Shown here: positions 9,826 through 21,385 of the stretch, in pieces
How the letters are laid out: every line of letters starts with the position of its first letter
Position numbering within the stretch: the stretch's first letter is position 1
DNA from: Alcanivorax profundi
GTDB lineage: Bacteria; Pseudomonadota; Gammaproteobacteria; Pseudomonadales; Alcanivoracaceae
Reading direction: 5' to 3'
NCBI RefSeq assembly: GCF_003597125.1
Contig: NZ_QYYA01000002.1
Coordinates: forward strand, 700,156-764,155
Length of the DNA stretch: 64,000 bases
Notes under the pieces: model-generated
The model's input: only the letters and a program-made list of their open reading frames with translations
Told to the model about the DNA's origin: nothing
Database searches by the model: none
Program-made: the position numbers and the translations under genes

Positions 9826-10926
9826 ATGAAATTCTCAATCAATAGAGAACAGCTCCTCAAGCCCTTGCAGCAGGTGGCTGCGGTGGTGGAAAAACGTCAG
9901 ACCCTGCCGGTGCTCTCCAATGTGTTGCTGGAAGTGGGCGATGGGCAGCTTTCCATGACGGGCACGGACCTGGAACTGGAGCTGGTCGCTCGCCTGCCGC
10001 TGGAAGGGGAAATGCAGCCGGGTGAAACCACGGTGCCGGCACGCAAGCTGGTGGATATTGCCAAGAGCTTGCCTGCCGAAGCGGATATCCGGTTTGAGGT
10101 CGATGGCGAGCGCATGCTGGTGCGTTCCGGGCGTAGCCGGTTCACCCTGTCCACCCTGCCCGCCTCCGAGTTCCCCAACCAGGAAGAAGATGCTGCGGGT
10201 TCTACGCTGGATATCCAGCCCAATGTACTGCGCAGCCTGATTGACCGCACCGCGTTCTCCATGGCCCAGCAGGACGTTCGCTACTACCTCAATGGCATGT
10301 TGTTCGAGCTCAAGCCGGGCCGTCTGCGTGCGGTTGCCACCGATGGCCATCGCCTGGCATTGTGCGATGCCGAGCTGGAGGCACCGGTAGAAGAGGCTTC
10401 TGTCATTCTGCCGCGCAAAGGGGTTATGGAGCTGTCTCGTATCCTTGGGGATGCCGGTGAAGTCGCGCGGCTGACGATCGGTCGCAACCATGTGCGGATC
10501 GTGGTGGGCGCGATTACCTTCACCTCCAAGCTGGTCGATGGCAAGTTCCCGGAATACGATCGTGTGATTCCCAAGGAAGGCACCCGGCACGTGATTGCCG
10601 ATCGTGAAACCCTGCGCCAGGCGCTGGCCCGGGTGGCGATTCTTTCCAATGAAAAGTACCGCGGCGTGCGTGTCCAGCTGGCCGAAGGCAGCCTGCGTAT
10701 TGTGGCCAACAACCCCGAGCAGGAAGAAGCGGAAGAGGAAGTGTCTGTGGACTTCAATGGCCAGCCGCTGGAAATCGGCTTTAACGTGAGTTATCTGCTG
10801 GATGTGTTGAACACCATGTCTGGCACCCAGGCGGAACTGGAGATGGGTGACAGCAACAGCAGTGCCCTGGTCTTCGATCCGGAGAGTAAGGCGGCACTGT
10901 ATGTGGTGATGCCCATGCGGCTGTGA
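9826..10926 (+). CDS. dnaN: DNA polymerase III beta sliding clamp
   Basis: 366 aa; MKFSINREQLLKPLQQVAAVVEKRQTLPVLSNVLLEV is typical of DnaN. Immediately follows dnaA. Confidence 0.95.
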   Translation: MKFSINREQLLKPLQQVAAVVEKRQTLPVLSNVLLEVGDGQLSMTGTDLELELVARLPLEGEMQPGETTVPARKLVDIAKSLPAEADIRFEVDGERMLVRSGRSRFTLSTLPASEFPNQEEDAAGSTLDIQPNVLRSLIDRTAFSMAQQDVRYYLNGMLFELKPGRLRAVATDGHRLALCDAELEAPVEEASVILPRKGVMELSRILGDAGEVARLTIGRNHVRIVVGAITFTSKLVDGKFPEYDRVIPKEGTRHVIADRETLRQALARVAILSNEKYRGVRVQLAEGSLRIVANNPEQEEAEEEVSVDFNGQPLEIGFNVSYLLDVLNTMSGTQAELEMGDSNSSALVFDPESKAALYVVMPMRL

Positions 10927-10949
10927 TGTGACCTGACTGTTCTGGATAG

Positions 10950-10979
10950 AAAAAGCCCGGCATTTGCCGGGCTTTTTTG
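10950..10979 (+). terminator. Rho-independent terminator after dnaN
   Basis: Hairpin agcccggcatttgccgggct followed by a TTTTTT run. Confidence 0.8.
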
Positions 10980-11019
10980 TGGTTTATCGTTGATGAGCGC
11001 GTCAGCCTCTTCCTTCTCG

Positions 11020-11335
11020 CGGTTCATTCAAGGAGCCTCTGAATAACGCCTTGCATGCTCAGCGTGTCCTGAAGCGTGCAGCTGTCTTGTCTCGACGGTA
11101 AGGGTGTGGAGGCAAGGCGCAGCAGATGGGCGCTCCAGGCCGCGCCTGTATGCTCGTCAGGGAGCGTAGGGGCTTCCAGGCTGGCCCGCCCTCGTTGTTG
11201 CGCTTCTTTCGAAGGTGAAGAGCCGATGGATGGATATACACCTTCAAACGCGCGCCCCTCTTTACTTTTTAGTCCATAGAGGGGGTGAGCCAGCCTGAAA
11301 GACTGGGTACGCAAGGCGTTGTTCAGAGGCTCCTT
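11020..11335. repeat. Element of about 316 bp bounded by 21-bp terminal inverted repeats (AAGGAGCCTCTGAATAACGCC ... GGCGTTGTTCAGAGGCTCCTT), inserted between dnaN and recF.
   Basis: The 21-mers at 11020-11040 and 11315-11335 are reverse complements with one mismatch. Only short, probably spurious ORFs lie inside. Confidence 0.6.
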
Positions 11336-11363
11336 AAGCTTGGGCTAGGGGTTTCTTCGCCCT

Positions 11364-11372
11364 GTGGATAGG
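11364..11372. promoter_or_regulatory. DnaA box (TGTGGATAG) upstream of recF
   Basis: The 13-mer ccctgtggatagg is identical to the one at 8263-8275 in oriC. Confidence 0.5.
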
Positions 11373-11526
11373 TCTGTGGGTAGCCTGTGTCTTGCTGTGG
11401 AGAAAGGTGGCTTGGGGGCGCAGGCAGTCCGGGGCTGCCTGCGCTACAATCAATGTCCAATTCGTTTGCCGGTGCGGTTGTTTTGCGCTGGTGCCAGTGC
11501 TGTCTTTGGGGTCAGGATCCGGATTT

Positions 11527-12636
11527 ATGTTGAATCGTCTCCAGCTGGGAGATTTTCGTAACTACCGTCAGGCGGATGTCAGCCTGTCTCCTTCCCTGAA
11601 TGTAATCCTGGGTGATAACGGCAGTGGCAAGACCAGCCTGCTAGAGGCGATCTATTTTATTGGTAGTGGCGGGCGTTCGTTTCGGGGGGGGCGCCTGTCT
11701 CGTCTTGTGCGTGACGGGGCGGAAGCTGCGACGCTCTACGCGGAAGTGCATGATGGTGAAAGTGTTCGCCGTCTTGGGGTTCGCCGGACGCCGGGCGGCA
11801 TTGATGCGATCAAGCTGGATGGTGCTACCCCGAAGGCCCTCAGTGAGGTGGCCACATTGCTTCCGGTACTGGCGCTTCACCCCGGCTCCGTGGACCTGGT
11901 GTTTGGGGCTTCGGCTCTGCGTCGCCGCTTTATGGACTGGGGAATGTTCCACGTGGAACATGAGTTTATGCCCCTCTGGCGCACCGCCAATGCTGCGTTG
12001 AAGCAACGCAATGCGCTTTTACGCAGTGGCAGCATAAACCCGCGGGAATTGGGCTTTTGGGATCAGCAACTGGCGCAGACTTCTGATAGAATCGAAGGGT
12101 TACGCCGCAGCTATTTGAAAGAACTGCAGGCTGGACTTGATGACGCCCTGGCTGTGCTATCGCCGGACATGAAGATCCGTTTACGGCTGCAGACCGGGCG
12201 CCAAAAAGGCGAAGACACTCTTGCTGCGCTGCAGCGCTTGCGGCAAGACGATATCCGCAGGGGGTTCAGCCAGGCGGGGTTTCACCGGTCGGATATTCGC
12301 ATTGATATCGGTGAGGTAGTGGCCCGGGACCGGTTGTCCCGTGGTCAGGCCAAGCTGGTGGCGTATGGCATGGTGTTGGCCCAGTTACCGCTGATACAGC
12401 GAGTGGGCAAGGTGTGTACCCTGCTGGTGGATGATCTGGCCGCAGAGCTGGACGAAGAGCACCGTCACCGTCTGCTTCAATACCTGGCGATGACGGGCCA
12501 CCAGACATTGATAACCGCGCTGGATGCGCCCCAATGGGCGGCCATCGTGAATGACAACAACGCTTTACAGGCGATCGAGAGCAAAATGTTCCACGTGGAA
12601 CATGGCAAGCTTCGATCCCTTACCGGGAGTGAATAA
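11527..12636 (+). CDS. recF: DNA replication and repair protein RecF
   Basis: ORF 11392..12636. Start taken at MLNRLQLGDFRNYRQ (ATG 11527); Walker A GDNGSGKTSLLEAIY. Confidence 0.9.
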   Translation: MLNRLQLGDFRNYRQADVSLSPSLNVILGDNGSGKTSLLEAIYFIGSGGRSFRGGRLSRLVRDGAEAATLYAEVHDGESVRRLGVRRTPGGIDAIKLDGATPKALSEVATLLPVLALHPGSVDLVFGASALRRRFMDWGMFHVEHEFMPLWRTANAALKQRNALLRSGSINPRELGFWDQQLAQTSDRIEGLRRSYLKELQAGLDDALAVLSPDMKIRLRLQTGRQKGEDTLAALQRLRQDDIRRGFSQAGFHRSDIRIDIGEVVARDRLSRGQAKLVAYGMVLAQLPLIQRVGKVCTLLVDDLAAELDEEHRHRLLQYLAMTGHQTLITALDAPQWAAIVNDNNALQAIESKMFHVEHGKLRSLTGSE

Positions 12637-15063
<2,427 letters not shown>

Positions 15064-15090
15064 TTAACGCAACAGGCAACACGCTAAATC

Positions 15091-15118
15091 GAGGCCGCAG
15101 ACACTGCGGCCTTTGTTT
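15091..15118 (+). terminator. Rho-independent terminator after gyrB
   Basis: Hairpin ggccgcagacactgcggcc followed by tttgttt. Confidence 0.7.
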
Positions 15119-15124
15119 ATCAAC

Positions 15125-15275
15125 CGGCGCCAGCGTGGAGCGATCCTGTTGGTCAGGAGCGAGTAACGAGTGTCGAAAACCTTTAAGCCATCAGATCTGC
15201 TGATTTTGCCTTTCGAAACTCGCTTCTCGAAACTCGCGACTTTGTGATCGCGCCGCGAGCGACGCGCCTACGGGA
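15125..15275. repeat. REP/MITE-like element, family A copy (core gtgatcgcgccgcgagcgacgcgcctac)
   Basis: Shares ...gtaacgagt..cgaaaacc...tttcgaaactcg...gtgatcgcgccgc.agcgacgc.cctac with the copy at 17186-17340 and with fragments at 3655, 5083, 22008, 22939 and 53238. Confidence 0.65.
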
Positions 15276-15312
15276 AGCTGATGCTGATTGCGTCAATTGA
15301 TGATGAACCCAT

Positions 15313-15344
15313 AAAAAAAGCGAACCCGATGGGTTCGCTTTTTC
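15313..15344. terminator. Bidirectional rho-independent terminator downstream of the H-NS-like gene
   Basis: aaaaaaagcgaacccgatgggttcgcttttt: a perfect hairpin flanked by an A run and a T run. Confidence 0.75.
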
Positions 15345-15371
15345 TTTACGTGCAAGCGTGTCGGCGTTGCC

Positions 15372-15728
15372 TTACACCGCAAAATCTTCCAGCTTGGCGC
15401 CTTTGGCCAGCGCATCCTGCAACCACAGCGGACGTTTACCGCGGCCAGTCCAGGTGTTGCTGCTGTTGTTGGGGTCGCGGAATTTCACTGCAGCAGGTTT
15501 GCGTACCCCTGCTTTTTTCTTGCCAGCCGTTTTCTTGCGAGGGGTCTTTTTCTTATCGTTGGGCTTCAGCAGTTCAGAAGGATCTACGCCCAGTTCCTTG
15601 GCCATCTTTTCCAGTACCGCCTGGGCATTTTTCAGCTCAGCCTTACGCTTTTTATCCAGTGCGGCTTCCGCCTGCTTGATCAGTTTTTCCAGTTCGTCGA
15701 TGGAAAGTTCATCAAGATTGATGGTCAT
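15372..15728 (-). CDS. H-NS family nucleoid-associated protein (118 aa)
   Basis: ORF 15372..15752. Start taken at MTINLDELSIDEL: a coiled-coil N-terminus and a Lys-rich linker. The C-terminal TWTGRGKRPLWLQDALAKGAKLEDF matches the H-NS DNA-binding motif (TWTGQGRTP). Confidence 0.8.
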   Translation of the reverse strand: MTINLDELSIDELEKLIKQAEAALDKKRKAELKNAQAVLEKMAKELGVDPSELLKPNDKKKTPRKKTAGKKKAGVRKPAAVKFRDPNNSSNTWTGRGKRPLWLQDALAKGAKLEDFAV

Positions 15729-15894
15729 TATAATGCCCTTGTGATTTGTCATTTAACTGCGCGACGACTCTAAGTATTTTAAGCAGGGTTGGCAATAACG
15801 GTTTGGTTAAAATAGCTGTGGCGCAGGAAACTGCCGTGGTGGGAGTATGCCTGCAAGCTCCCATAGCTAATGATCTGACGACGGCAACCTTTCT

Positions 15895-16620
15895 CTATCC
15901 TGGATAATGCTCCTGAATCCACTGCTGTACTTCTGCAGTGACCTGCTGGGCTTTCTTGCCTTCTGTGCCGATCGGGGGGCTGATGCGAACGGTGATGGTG
16001 CCGGGATAGCGAATCCAGGTGCCTTTGGGCCAGCAATCACCGCTGTTGCTACTGATGGCTACCACCGGGACACCGGCCTGGCAGGCCAGCATGGTGCCGC
16101 CATGATTGAAGCGACCGATGGTACCCGGGAGTTGGCGGGTCCCCTCCGGGAAAATGACTACCGGTAGTCCCTGTTGCAGCCGTTCCTTGCCTTGCTTGAG
16201 CAGGGATTTCAGTGCGGCATTGCCTTTGCTGCGGTCAATGCGAATGGGGTTGAGCAGGGCCAGCCCCCAACCGAAAAACGGGATCCACAACAGCTCCCGT
16301 TTGACCACGGTAGTCTGCGGACAGATGAGCGTTTGCAGGAAAAAGGTTTCCCAGCTGCTCTGGTGATTGGAGAGCACCACGCAGGGGCTATCGGGCAGGT
16401 TACGGGCCCCTTCCAGCTGCACCTTCACCCCATTGAGGTGGCGGTCGAGCCACATGGTCAGGTGAGTCCACTGGTTGATAAAACGATGGCGGGGGCGCAT
16501 CGGCAGCCAGAAGCCAACGATGACGCAGAAAAAGCTGTAAATGATTCCGGCAAGGTTATACAGCACGAAAAACAGCGCGCTGCGAACCTTGATCGACAGC
16601 GACGGTGTGTCGTGCTGCAT
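15895..16620 (-). CDS. plsC: 1-acyl-sn-glycerol-3-phosphate acyltransferase
   Basis: NHQSSWE and FPEGTR acyltransferase motifs; conserved glyQS-gmhB-plsC neighbourhood. Confidence 0.85.
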   Translation of the reverse strand: MQHDTPSLSIKVRSALFFVLYNLAGIIYSFFCVIVGFWLPMRPRHRFINQWTHLTMWLDRHLNGVKVQLEGARNLPDSPCVVLSNHQSSWETFFLQTLICPQTTVVKRELLWIPFFGWGLALLNPIRIDRSKGNAALKSLLKQGKERLQQGLPVVIFPEGTRQLPGTIGRFNHGGTMLACQAGVPVVAISSNSGDCWPKGTWIRYPGTITVRISPPIGTEGKKAQQVTAEVQQWIQEHYPG

Positions 16621-16622
16621 AC

Positions 16623-17165
16623 CTAGTCCTTCAAGGTGTGATCAACAAAGTCGGCAAGAGAATCAAAAATAGCCACGTCACCCAAGTTCTCGGGCAGGCC
16701 CTTGTCCAGGGTCTTTTGTCCTTTACCGGTGAGTACCAGTACCGGTTGGCAGTGGCGAGCGATTCCCGCTTGCAGGTCCCTAAGGCTATCACCAATCAGT
16801 GGCGCTCCGGTGACATCGCCATACTCGGTAACAATCTGGTCGATCAGACCGGGAAGGGGTTTGCGGCAGTCGCAGCCATCGTCCGGGCCGTGGGGACAGT
16901 AGAAAATACCGCCCATTTCACCGCCCTGCGCGGCTACCAATTCACGCATCCGCGCATGCATGGCATCCAGGGTGGCCACGTCGTAGTAGCCACGACCAAT
17001 CCCGGACTGATTGGTGGCTACCACCACGGTATATCCGGCCTGGCTGAGCCGTGCGATGGCCTTGATGCTGCCCGGGATTGGAACCCATTCGTCTACCGTC
17101 TTGATGTAGGCATCGGAGTCTTCGTTAATGACCCCGTCGCGGTCGAGGATAATGAGTTTGTTCAT
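16623..17165 (-). CDS. gmhB: D-glycero-beta-D-manno-heptose-1,7-bisphosphate 7-phosphatase
   Basis: HAD motif MNKLIILDRDGVIN and a Zn-finger CPHGPDDGCDCRKP typical of GmhB. Confidence 0.85.
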   Translation of the reverse strand: MNKLIILDRDGVINEDSDAYIKTVDEWVPIPGSIKAIARLSQAGYTVVVATNQSGIGRGYYDVATLDAMHARMRELVAAQGGEMGGIFYCPHGPDDGCDCRKPLPGLIDQIVTEYGDVTGAPLIGDSLRDLQAGIARHCQPVLVLTGKGQKTLDKGLPENLGDVAIFDSLADFVDHTLKD

Positions 17166-17185
17166 GAATAAACCCTGTGCCTTAG

Positions 17186-17340
17186 TTGTAGGAGCATCGC
17201 TCGCGGCGCGAACATCTTGGCCTGGGACGGGTAACGAGTTTCTAAAACCTTGAAACCGAATGGTCTGAGGGTTTTATCTTTCGAAACTCGTTTTCATCAC
17301 TCACGACGTTGTGATCGCGCCGCCAGCGACGCTCCTACAG
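17186..17340. repeat. REP/MITE-like element, family A: a full copy with terminal inverted repeats tgtaggagcatcgctcgcggcgcga ... gtgatcgcgccgccagcgacgctcctaca
   Basis: The terminal 25-mers are reverse complements. Interior matches the 15125-15275 copy. Confidence 0.7.
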
Positions 17341-17354
17341 CAGTGTTGGGTGTA

Positions 17355-17390
17355 TAAACAAAGGCCGCAGTGACTGCGGCCCGGTTTTGC
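17355..17390 (-). terminator. Rho-independent terminator after glyS
   Basis: Hairpin ggccgcagtgactgcggcc, then tttgttta on the minus strand. Confidence 0.6.
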
Positions 17391-17421
17391 GTGTTGCTTG
17401 ATGCGTGCAGTGTGTTGCGTC

Positions 17422-19494
17422 TTACTCTTGCAGCAGACTGATGTCGGCCACGTTCAGGAACAGGTCACGCAGGAATGCGAGCAACGCCAGCCGGTTGTTG
17501 CGTACGGCTTCATCTTCGGCCATCACCATCACGGTGTCGAAGAAGGCATCGACCGGTTCACGCAGCTCGGCCAGCATTTCCAGCACGCCCTGATAGTCAC
17601 CCTGCTCCAGCAGCGGTTCGGATTGCTCATAGCTGGCCACGACCAGATTGGTCAGGGTCTGTTCGGCGTCGTCTTCCAGAAGAGCGCCGTCGATCTCTTC
17701 GGGCGGTTCCCCGTCGAGCTTGGCCAGAATGTTGGACACCCGCTTATTGGCGGCGGCCAGCGCGGCAGCTTCTTCACGCTGCTGGAAATCGGCAACGGCT
17801 TTCACGCGTCGGTCGAAATCCAGTGGCTTGCGGCAGGCGTCGTCGATGGCCAGTACCGACAGGATCACCGGGGTGGCAATGCCCCGCTCCTGGTACATGG
17901 CGCGGTAACGGCCCTTGATGAAATCGAACGCCTCGTCGATCTGGCTGGCATCAATGCGTTCGCCAAGTTGCTGGCCTGCCTGATCGAGCAGCTCACGCAG
18001 GTCAATGGCGAGACCGTTTTCGATGATGATGCGCAGCACCCCCAGGGTGGCGCGACGCAAGGCATAGGGATCCTTGGTGCCGCTGGGCTTCTGGCCGATG
18101 CCGAAGATGCCCACCAGGGTATCAATCTTGTCGGCCAGAGAGACGGCCATGCCAGTCTTGCTCTGCGGCAGTCTGTCGCCGGCGAAGCGCGGCAGGTACT
18201 GCTCGTACAGCGCGTTGGCGACCTCTTCCGGCTGGCCTTCACGCTGGGCCAGGTAGTAACCCATGATGCCCTGCATGGTGTCGAACTCGTACACCATCTC
18301 GCTGTTAAGGTCGGCCTTGCTCAGCTCGCCCGCCAGTTTGGCCTGGGCCGCATCGCCACCAATCTGCTCGGCAATCACTGCCGCCAGGGCACCAATGCGC
18401 TGGCATTTGTCCGCCACGGTACCCAGCTGCTGCTGGAACACCACATTGGCCAATCCCTCGCCGTGTTGCGCCAGGGTCTTCTTGCAATCGTTGTCGTAGA
18501 AAAACGCCGCATCGGCCAGACGCGGACGAATCACTTTCTCGTTGCCGGCGATGACCTGTTCAGCATCCTTGGACTGGATGTTGCTGATGGTAATGAACCT
18601 GGGCATCAGCTTGCCGTTGGCGTCCAGAACAGAGAAGTACTTCTGGTGTTCTTCCATGGCGCTGATCAGTGCTTCCTGGGGGACCCGCAGGAAGTCCTCG
18701 TCGAAGCTGCCGGTGAGGGCTTCAGGCCATTCCACCAGCGCGGTAACTTCGTTGAGCAGGTCAGGGTCAATCTGCGCTGTGCCGCCGGCCTGCTTGCCCG
18801 CGGCAATGGCCTGTTCTTCGATCATGGCCTTGCGGCGATTGAAGTCAGCGATCACATGACCGTCATTTTCCATCCGTGTCGGGTATTCACCGGCGTTGGC
18901 CAGCTCGATGGCACCCGGTGAGTGGAAACGGTGGCCATAGCTGGTGCGACCGGATTGCAGGTCCAGCAACTCGAACGGCACTACTTCGTCACCAAACAGC
19001 GCCACAAGCCAGTGCGCGGGGCGCACAAACTGTACCTTGCGTTTGCCCCAGCGCATGCGCTTGGGGATCGGCAGTTTCTGAATTGCCTGGGCAAAGAATT
19101 CCGGCACCAGCTCAACGGTGGGCTTGCCCTGCTCGGTAATGTTGGCGACCAGACGTTCGCCCTTGCCGGTGTCCTGGCGGCCCAGTTGGTCCACGGTCAG
19201 ACCCAGTGAAGCGGCAAAGCCCTGGGCGGCCTTGGTGGGGTTGCCGTCCTTGTCGAAGGCCGCCTGTACGGCCGGACCCTGGCGTTCGATGTCACGGTCA
19301 GCCTGCTTGTCGTCCAGGCCACGTACCAGTACCGCCAGACGACGGGGGGCGGCAAAGCTTTCTACGTCACCGTGATTCAGTCCTGCTTCATCCAGCTGGC
19401 GAACAAACTCGTCGGTGAGCGCCGCACTCAGGTTCGGCAGCGCTTTTGGGGGCAGCTCTTCGGTGCCCAGTTCAATCAGCAAATCCCGGGACAT
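17422..19494 (-). CDS. glyS: Glycine--tRNA ligase beta subunit
   Basis: 690 aa; [30 protein letters not shown] is the typical GlyS N-terminus. Confidence 0.95.
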   Translation of the reverse strand: MSRDLLIELGTEELPPKALPNLSAALTDEFVRQLDEAGLNHGDVESFAAPRRLAVLVRGLDDKQADRDIERQGPAVQAAFDKDGNPTKAAQGFAASLGLTVDQLGRQDTGKGERLVANITEQGKPTVELVPEFFAQAIQKLPIPKRMRWGKRKVQFVRPAHWLVALFGDEVVPFELLDLQSGRTSYGHRFHSPGAIELANAGEYPTRMENDGHVIADFNRRKAMIEEQAIAAGKQAGGTAQIDPDLLNEVTALVEWPEALTGSFDEDFLRVPQEALISAMEEHQKYFSVLDANGKLMPRFITISNIQSKDAEQVIAGNEKVIRPRLADAAFFYDNDCKKTLAQHGEGLANVVFQQQLGTVADKCQRIGALAAVIAEQIGGDAAQAKLAGELSKADLNSEMVYEFDTMQGIMGYYLAQREGQPEEVANALYEQYLPRFAGDRLPQSKTGMAVSLADKIDTLVGIFGIGQKPSGTKDPYALRRATLGVLRIIIENGLAIDLRELLDQAGQQLGERIDASQIDEAFDFIKGRYRAMYQERGIATPVILSVLAIDDACRKPLDFDRRVKAVADFQQREEAAALAAANKRVSNILAKLDGEPPEEIDGALLEDDAEQTLTNLVVASYEQSEPLLEQGDYQGVLEMLAELREPVDAFFDTVMVMAEDEAVRNNRLALLAFLRDLFLNVADISLLQE

Positions 19495-20456
19495 TATTTC
19501 TTCCCCTTCTTGTTCGCCTGTTTGGCGGCTTTCTCATCCTGCTTTTGCAGCTCTGCCATCACTTCCTCACGAATGGCGTCGTCGGCCATGGGGAAACCCA
19601 GCGTGCGGCGCGCATCGAAGTAGGCCTGGGCCACGGCCCGGGCCAGGGTGCGTACCCGCAGGATAAAGCGCTGGCGTTCGGTGACAGAGATGGCCTTGCG
19701 GGCATCCAGCAGGTTGAAGGTGTGCGAGGCCTTCAGGACATATTCATAGGCGGGCAGCGGCAGGCCGGCCTCGATCAGCTTGGTGGACTCGGATTCGAAC
19801 AGGTCGAACTGCTTGAACAGCTCTTCCACGTTGGCGTGCTCGAAGTTGAACGTGGACATTTCCACTTCGTTTTGCAGGAACACATCACCGTAGGTGACCT
19901 TGCCGAAGGGACCATCGGACCACACCAGATCGTAGACCGAATCCACGCCCTGGATGTACATGGCGAGACGCTCAAGACCGTAGGTGATTTCCCCGGTCAC
20001 CGGGTAGCAGTCGATGCCGCCCACCTGCTGGAAGTAGGTGAACTGGGTCACTTCCATGCCATTGAGCCACACTTCCCAACCCAGTCCCCAGGCGCCCAGC
20101 GTTGGGGATTCCCAGTTGTCTTCCACAAAGCGGATATCATGGACCAGCGGATCAAAACCCAGCATGCGCAGGGAACCCAGGTACAGCTCCTGGATGTTGT
20201 CCGGCGACGGTTTCAGGACCACCTGGAACTGGTAGTAGTGCTGCAGCCGGTTGGGGTTTTCCCCGTAACGGCCGTCGGTGGGACGACGGGAAGGCTGCAC
20301 GTAGGCACTGTTCCAGTTCTCCGGGCCGATGGCGCGCAGGAAGGTAGAGGGGTGAAAGGTACCCGCACCGACTTCCATATCCAGTGGCTGCACCACCACG
20401 CAACCTTGCTCTGCCCAGTATTGCTGAAGGGCCAGAATCAGGCCCTGAAACGTCAT
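19494..20456 (-). CDS. glyQ: Glycine--tRNA ligase alpha subunit
   Basis: ORF 19494..20483. Start taken at [36 protein letters not shown]. Confidence 0.93.
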   Translation of the reverse strand: MTFQGLILALQQYWAEQGCVVVQPLDMEVGAGTFHPSTFLRAIGPENWNSAYVQPSRRPTDGRYGENPNRLQHYYQFQVVLKPSPDNIQELYLGSLRMLGFDPLVHDIRFVEDNWESPTLGAWGLGWEVWLNGMEVTQFTYFQQVGGIDCYPVTGEITYGLERLAMYIQGVDSVYDLVWSDGPFGKVTYGDVFLQNEVEMSTFNFEHANVEELFKQFDLFESESTKLIEAGLPLPAYEYVLKASHTFNLLDARKAISVTERQRFILRVRTLARAVAQAYFDARRTLGFPMADDAIREEVMAELQKQDEKAAKQANKKGKK

Positions 20457-20662
20457 GATATCCGTCTGCGGTTGTTCCGCCATGGTGAATCCTGTTGTTC
20501 AATACATTTTCCGCGAAGGCGCAAGTATACCGGGCCGTCCGCAGCGGTGATACCGCTGTTGCGCCTCTCGCAACTACTGACAGCAGGGTGTCAGTAGACA
20601 CCGGGTAGAATGGTGTGGATATCGGCCGGCAGGCCGTCAGGCGACATATCACAGGGAAGAGC

Positions 20663-21385
20663 ATGCGACGCGCGGAACGCTTGTTTCAGATCGTACAGAT
20701 CATCGGGGCCAACCCCTGGACCACGGCCCAGACTCTGGCGCAGCGCCTGGAGGTGTCGGAGCGCACCATTTACCGGGATATTGACCATCTGTGTGGCAGT
20801 GGCGTGCCGGTCTACGCCCAGGCGGGCAAGGGCTATGCCCTGCTGGAGGGGTATCAACTGCCTCCGCTGATGTTCAGTGCCGAGGAATGGCAGGCGTTGC
20901 TGACCGGGTTGGCCATGGCGCAAGGTTGGGCTGGGCAGCGCCAGGCGGGAGTTTTGCAGGCTGTTCAGGAAAAACTCGCCATGGCGGTGCCGGCCCGGTT
21001 ACGGGCGCAGACCGCGACGGTAACCGCGCCAGCCTTGCCCGAGCGAAGGATGCTTGGTGCGTTGCTCGATCCCCTGCAGCGGGCTATCGCCGATCAAGTG
21101 AAGGTGCAGATTCATTACCGCGATGCCCTGGACGCCCAGAGTGTGCGTACGCTTTGGCCGTTGGGGCTGTATTTCTGGGGCCATTGCTGGACCCTGGTGG
21201 GATGGTGCGAATTGCGCAGGGCATTTCGGCATTTTCGTGTCGACCGGATCGTCATTCTGCAAACCCTGGGCAGCCATTATCCAGTCATGCCTGGTCAGAC
21301 GCTTGCGGATTATGAAGCCCTGGAAATCGAACAGTGTGAAAAGAGAGAAGCCGATGAAAGACCGCTGTCCCTGGTGCGGGGATGA
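20663..21385 (+). CDS. YafY-family transcriptional regulator (N-terminal HTH plus WYL domain)
   Basis: MRRAERLFQIVQIIGANPWTTAQTLAQRLEVSERTIYRDIDHL (DeoR-like HTH); the central and C-terminal region is WYL-like. The 3' end overlaps tag by 32 nt. Confidence 0.75.
   Translation: MRRAERLFQIVQIIGANPWTTAQTLAQRLEVSERTIYRDIDHLCGSGVPVYAQAGKGYALLEGYQLPPLMFSAEEWQALLTGLAMAQGWAGQRQAGVLQAVQEKLAMAVPARLRAQTATVTAPALPERRMLGALLDPLQRAIADQVKVQIHYRDALDAQSVRTLWPLGLYFWGHCWTLVGWCELRRAFRHFRVDRIVILQTLGSHYPVMPGQTLADYEALEIEQCEKREADERPLSLVRG

Noticed and set aside
17398-18921. 507-aa ORF on the plus strand
   Set aside because: Antisense to glyS, with the Gly/Ala/Val/Leu-rich composition typical of high-GC antisense frames.
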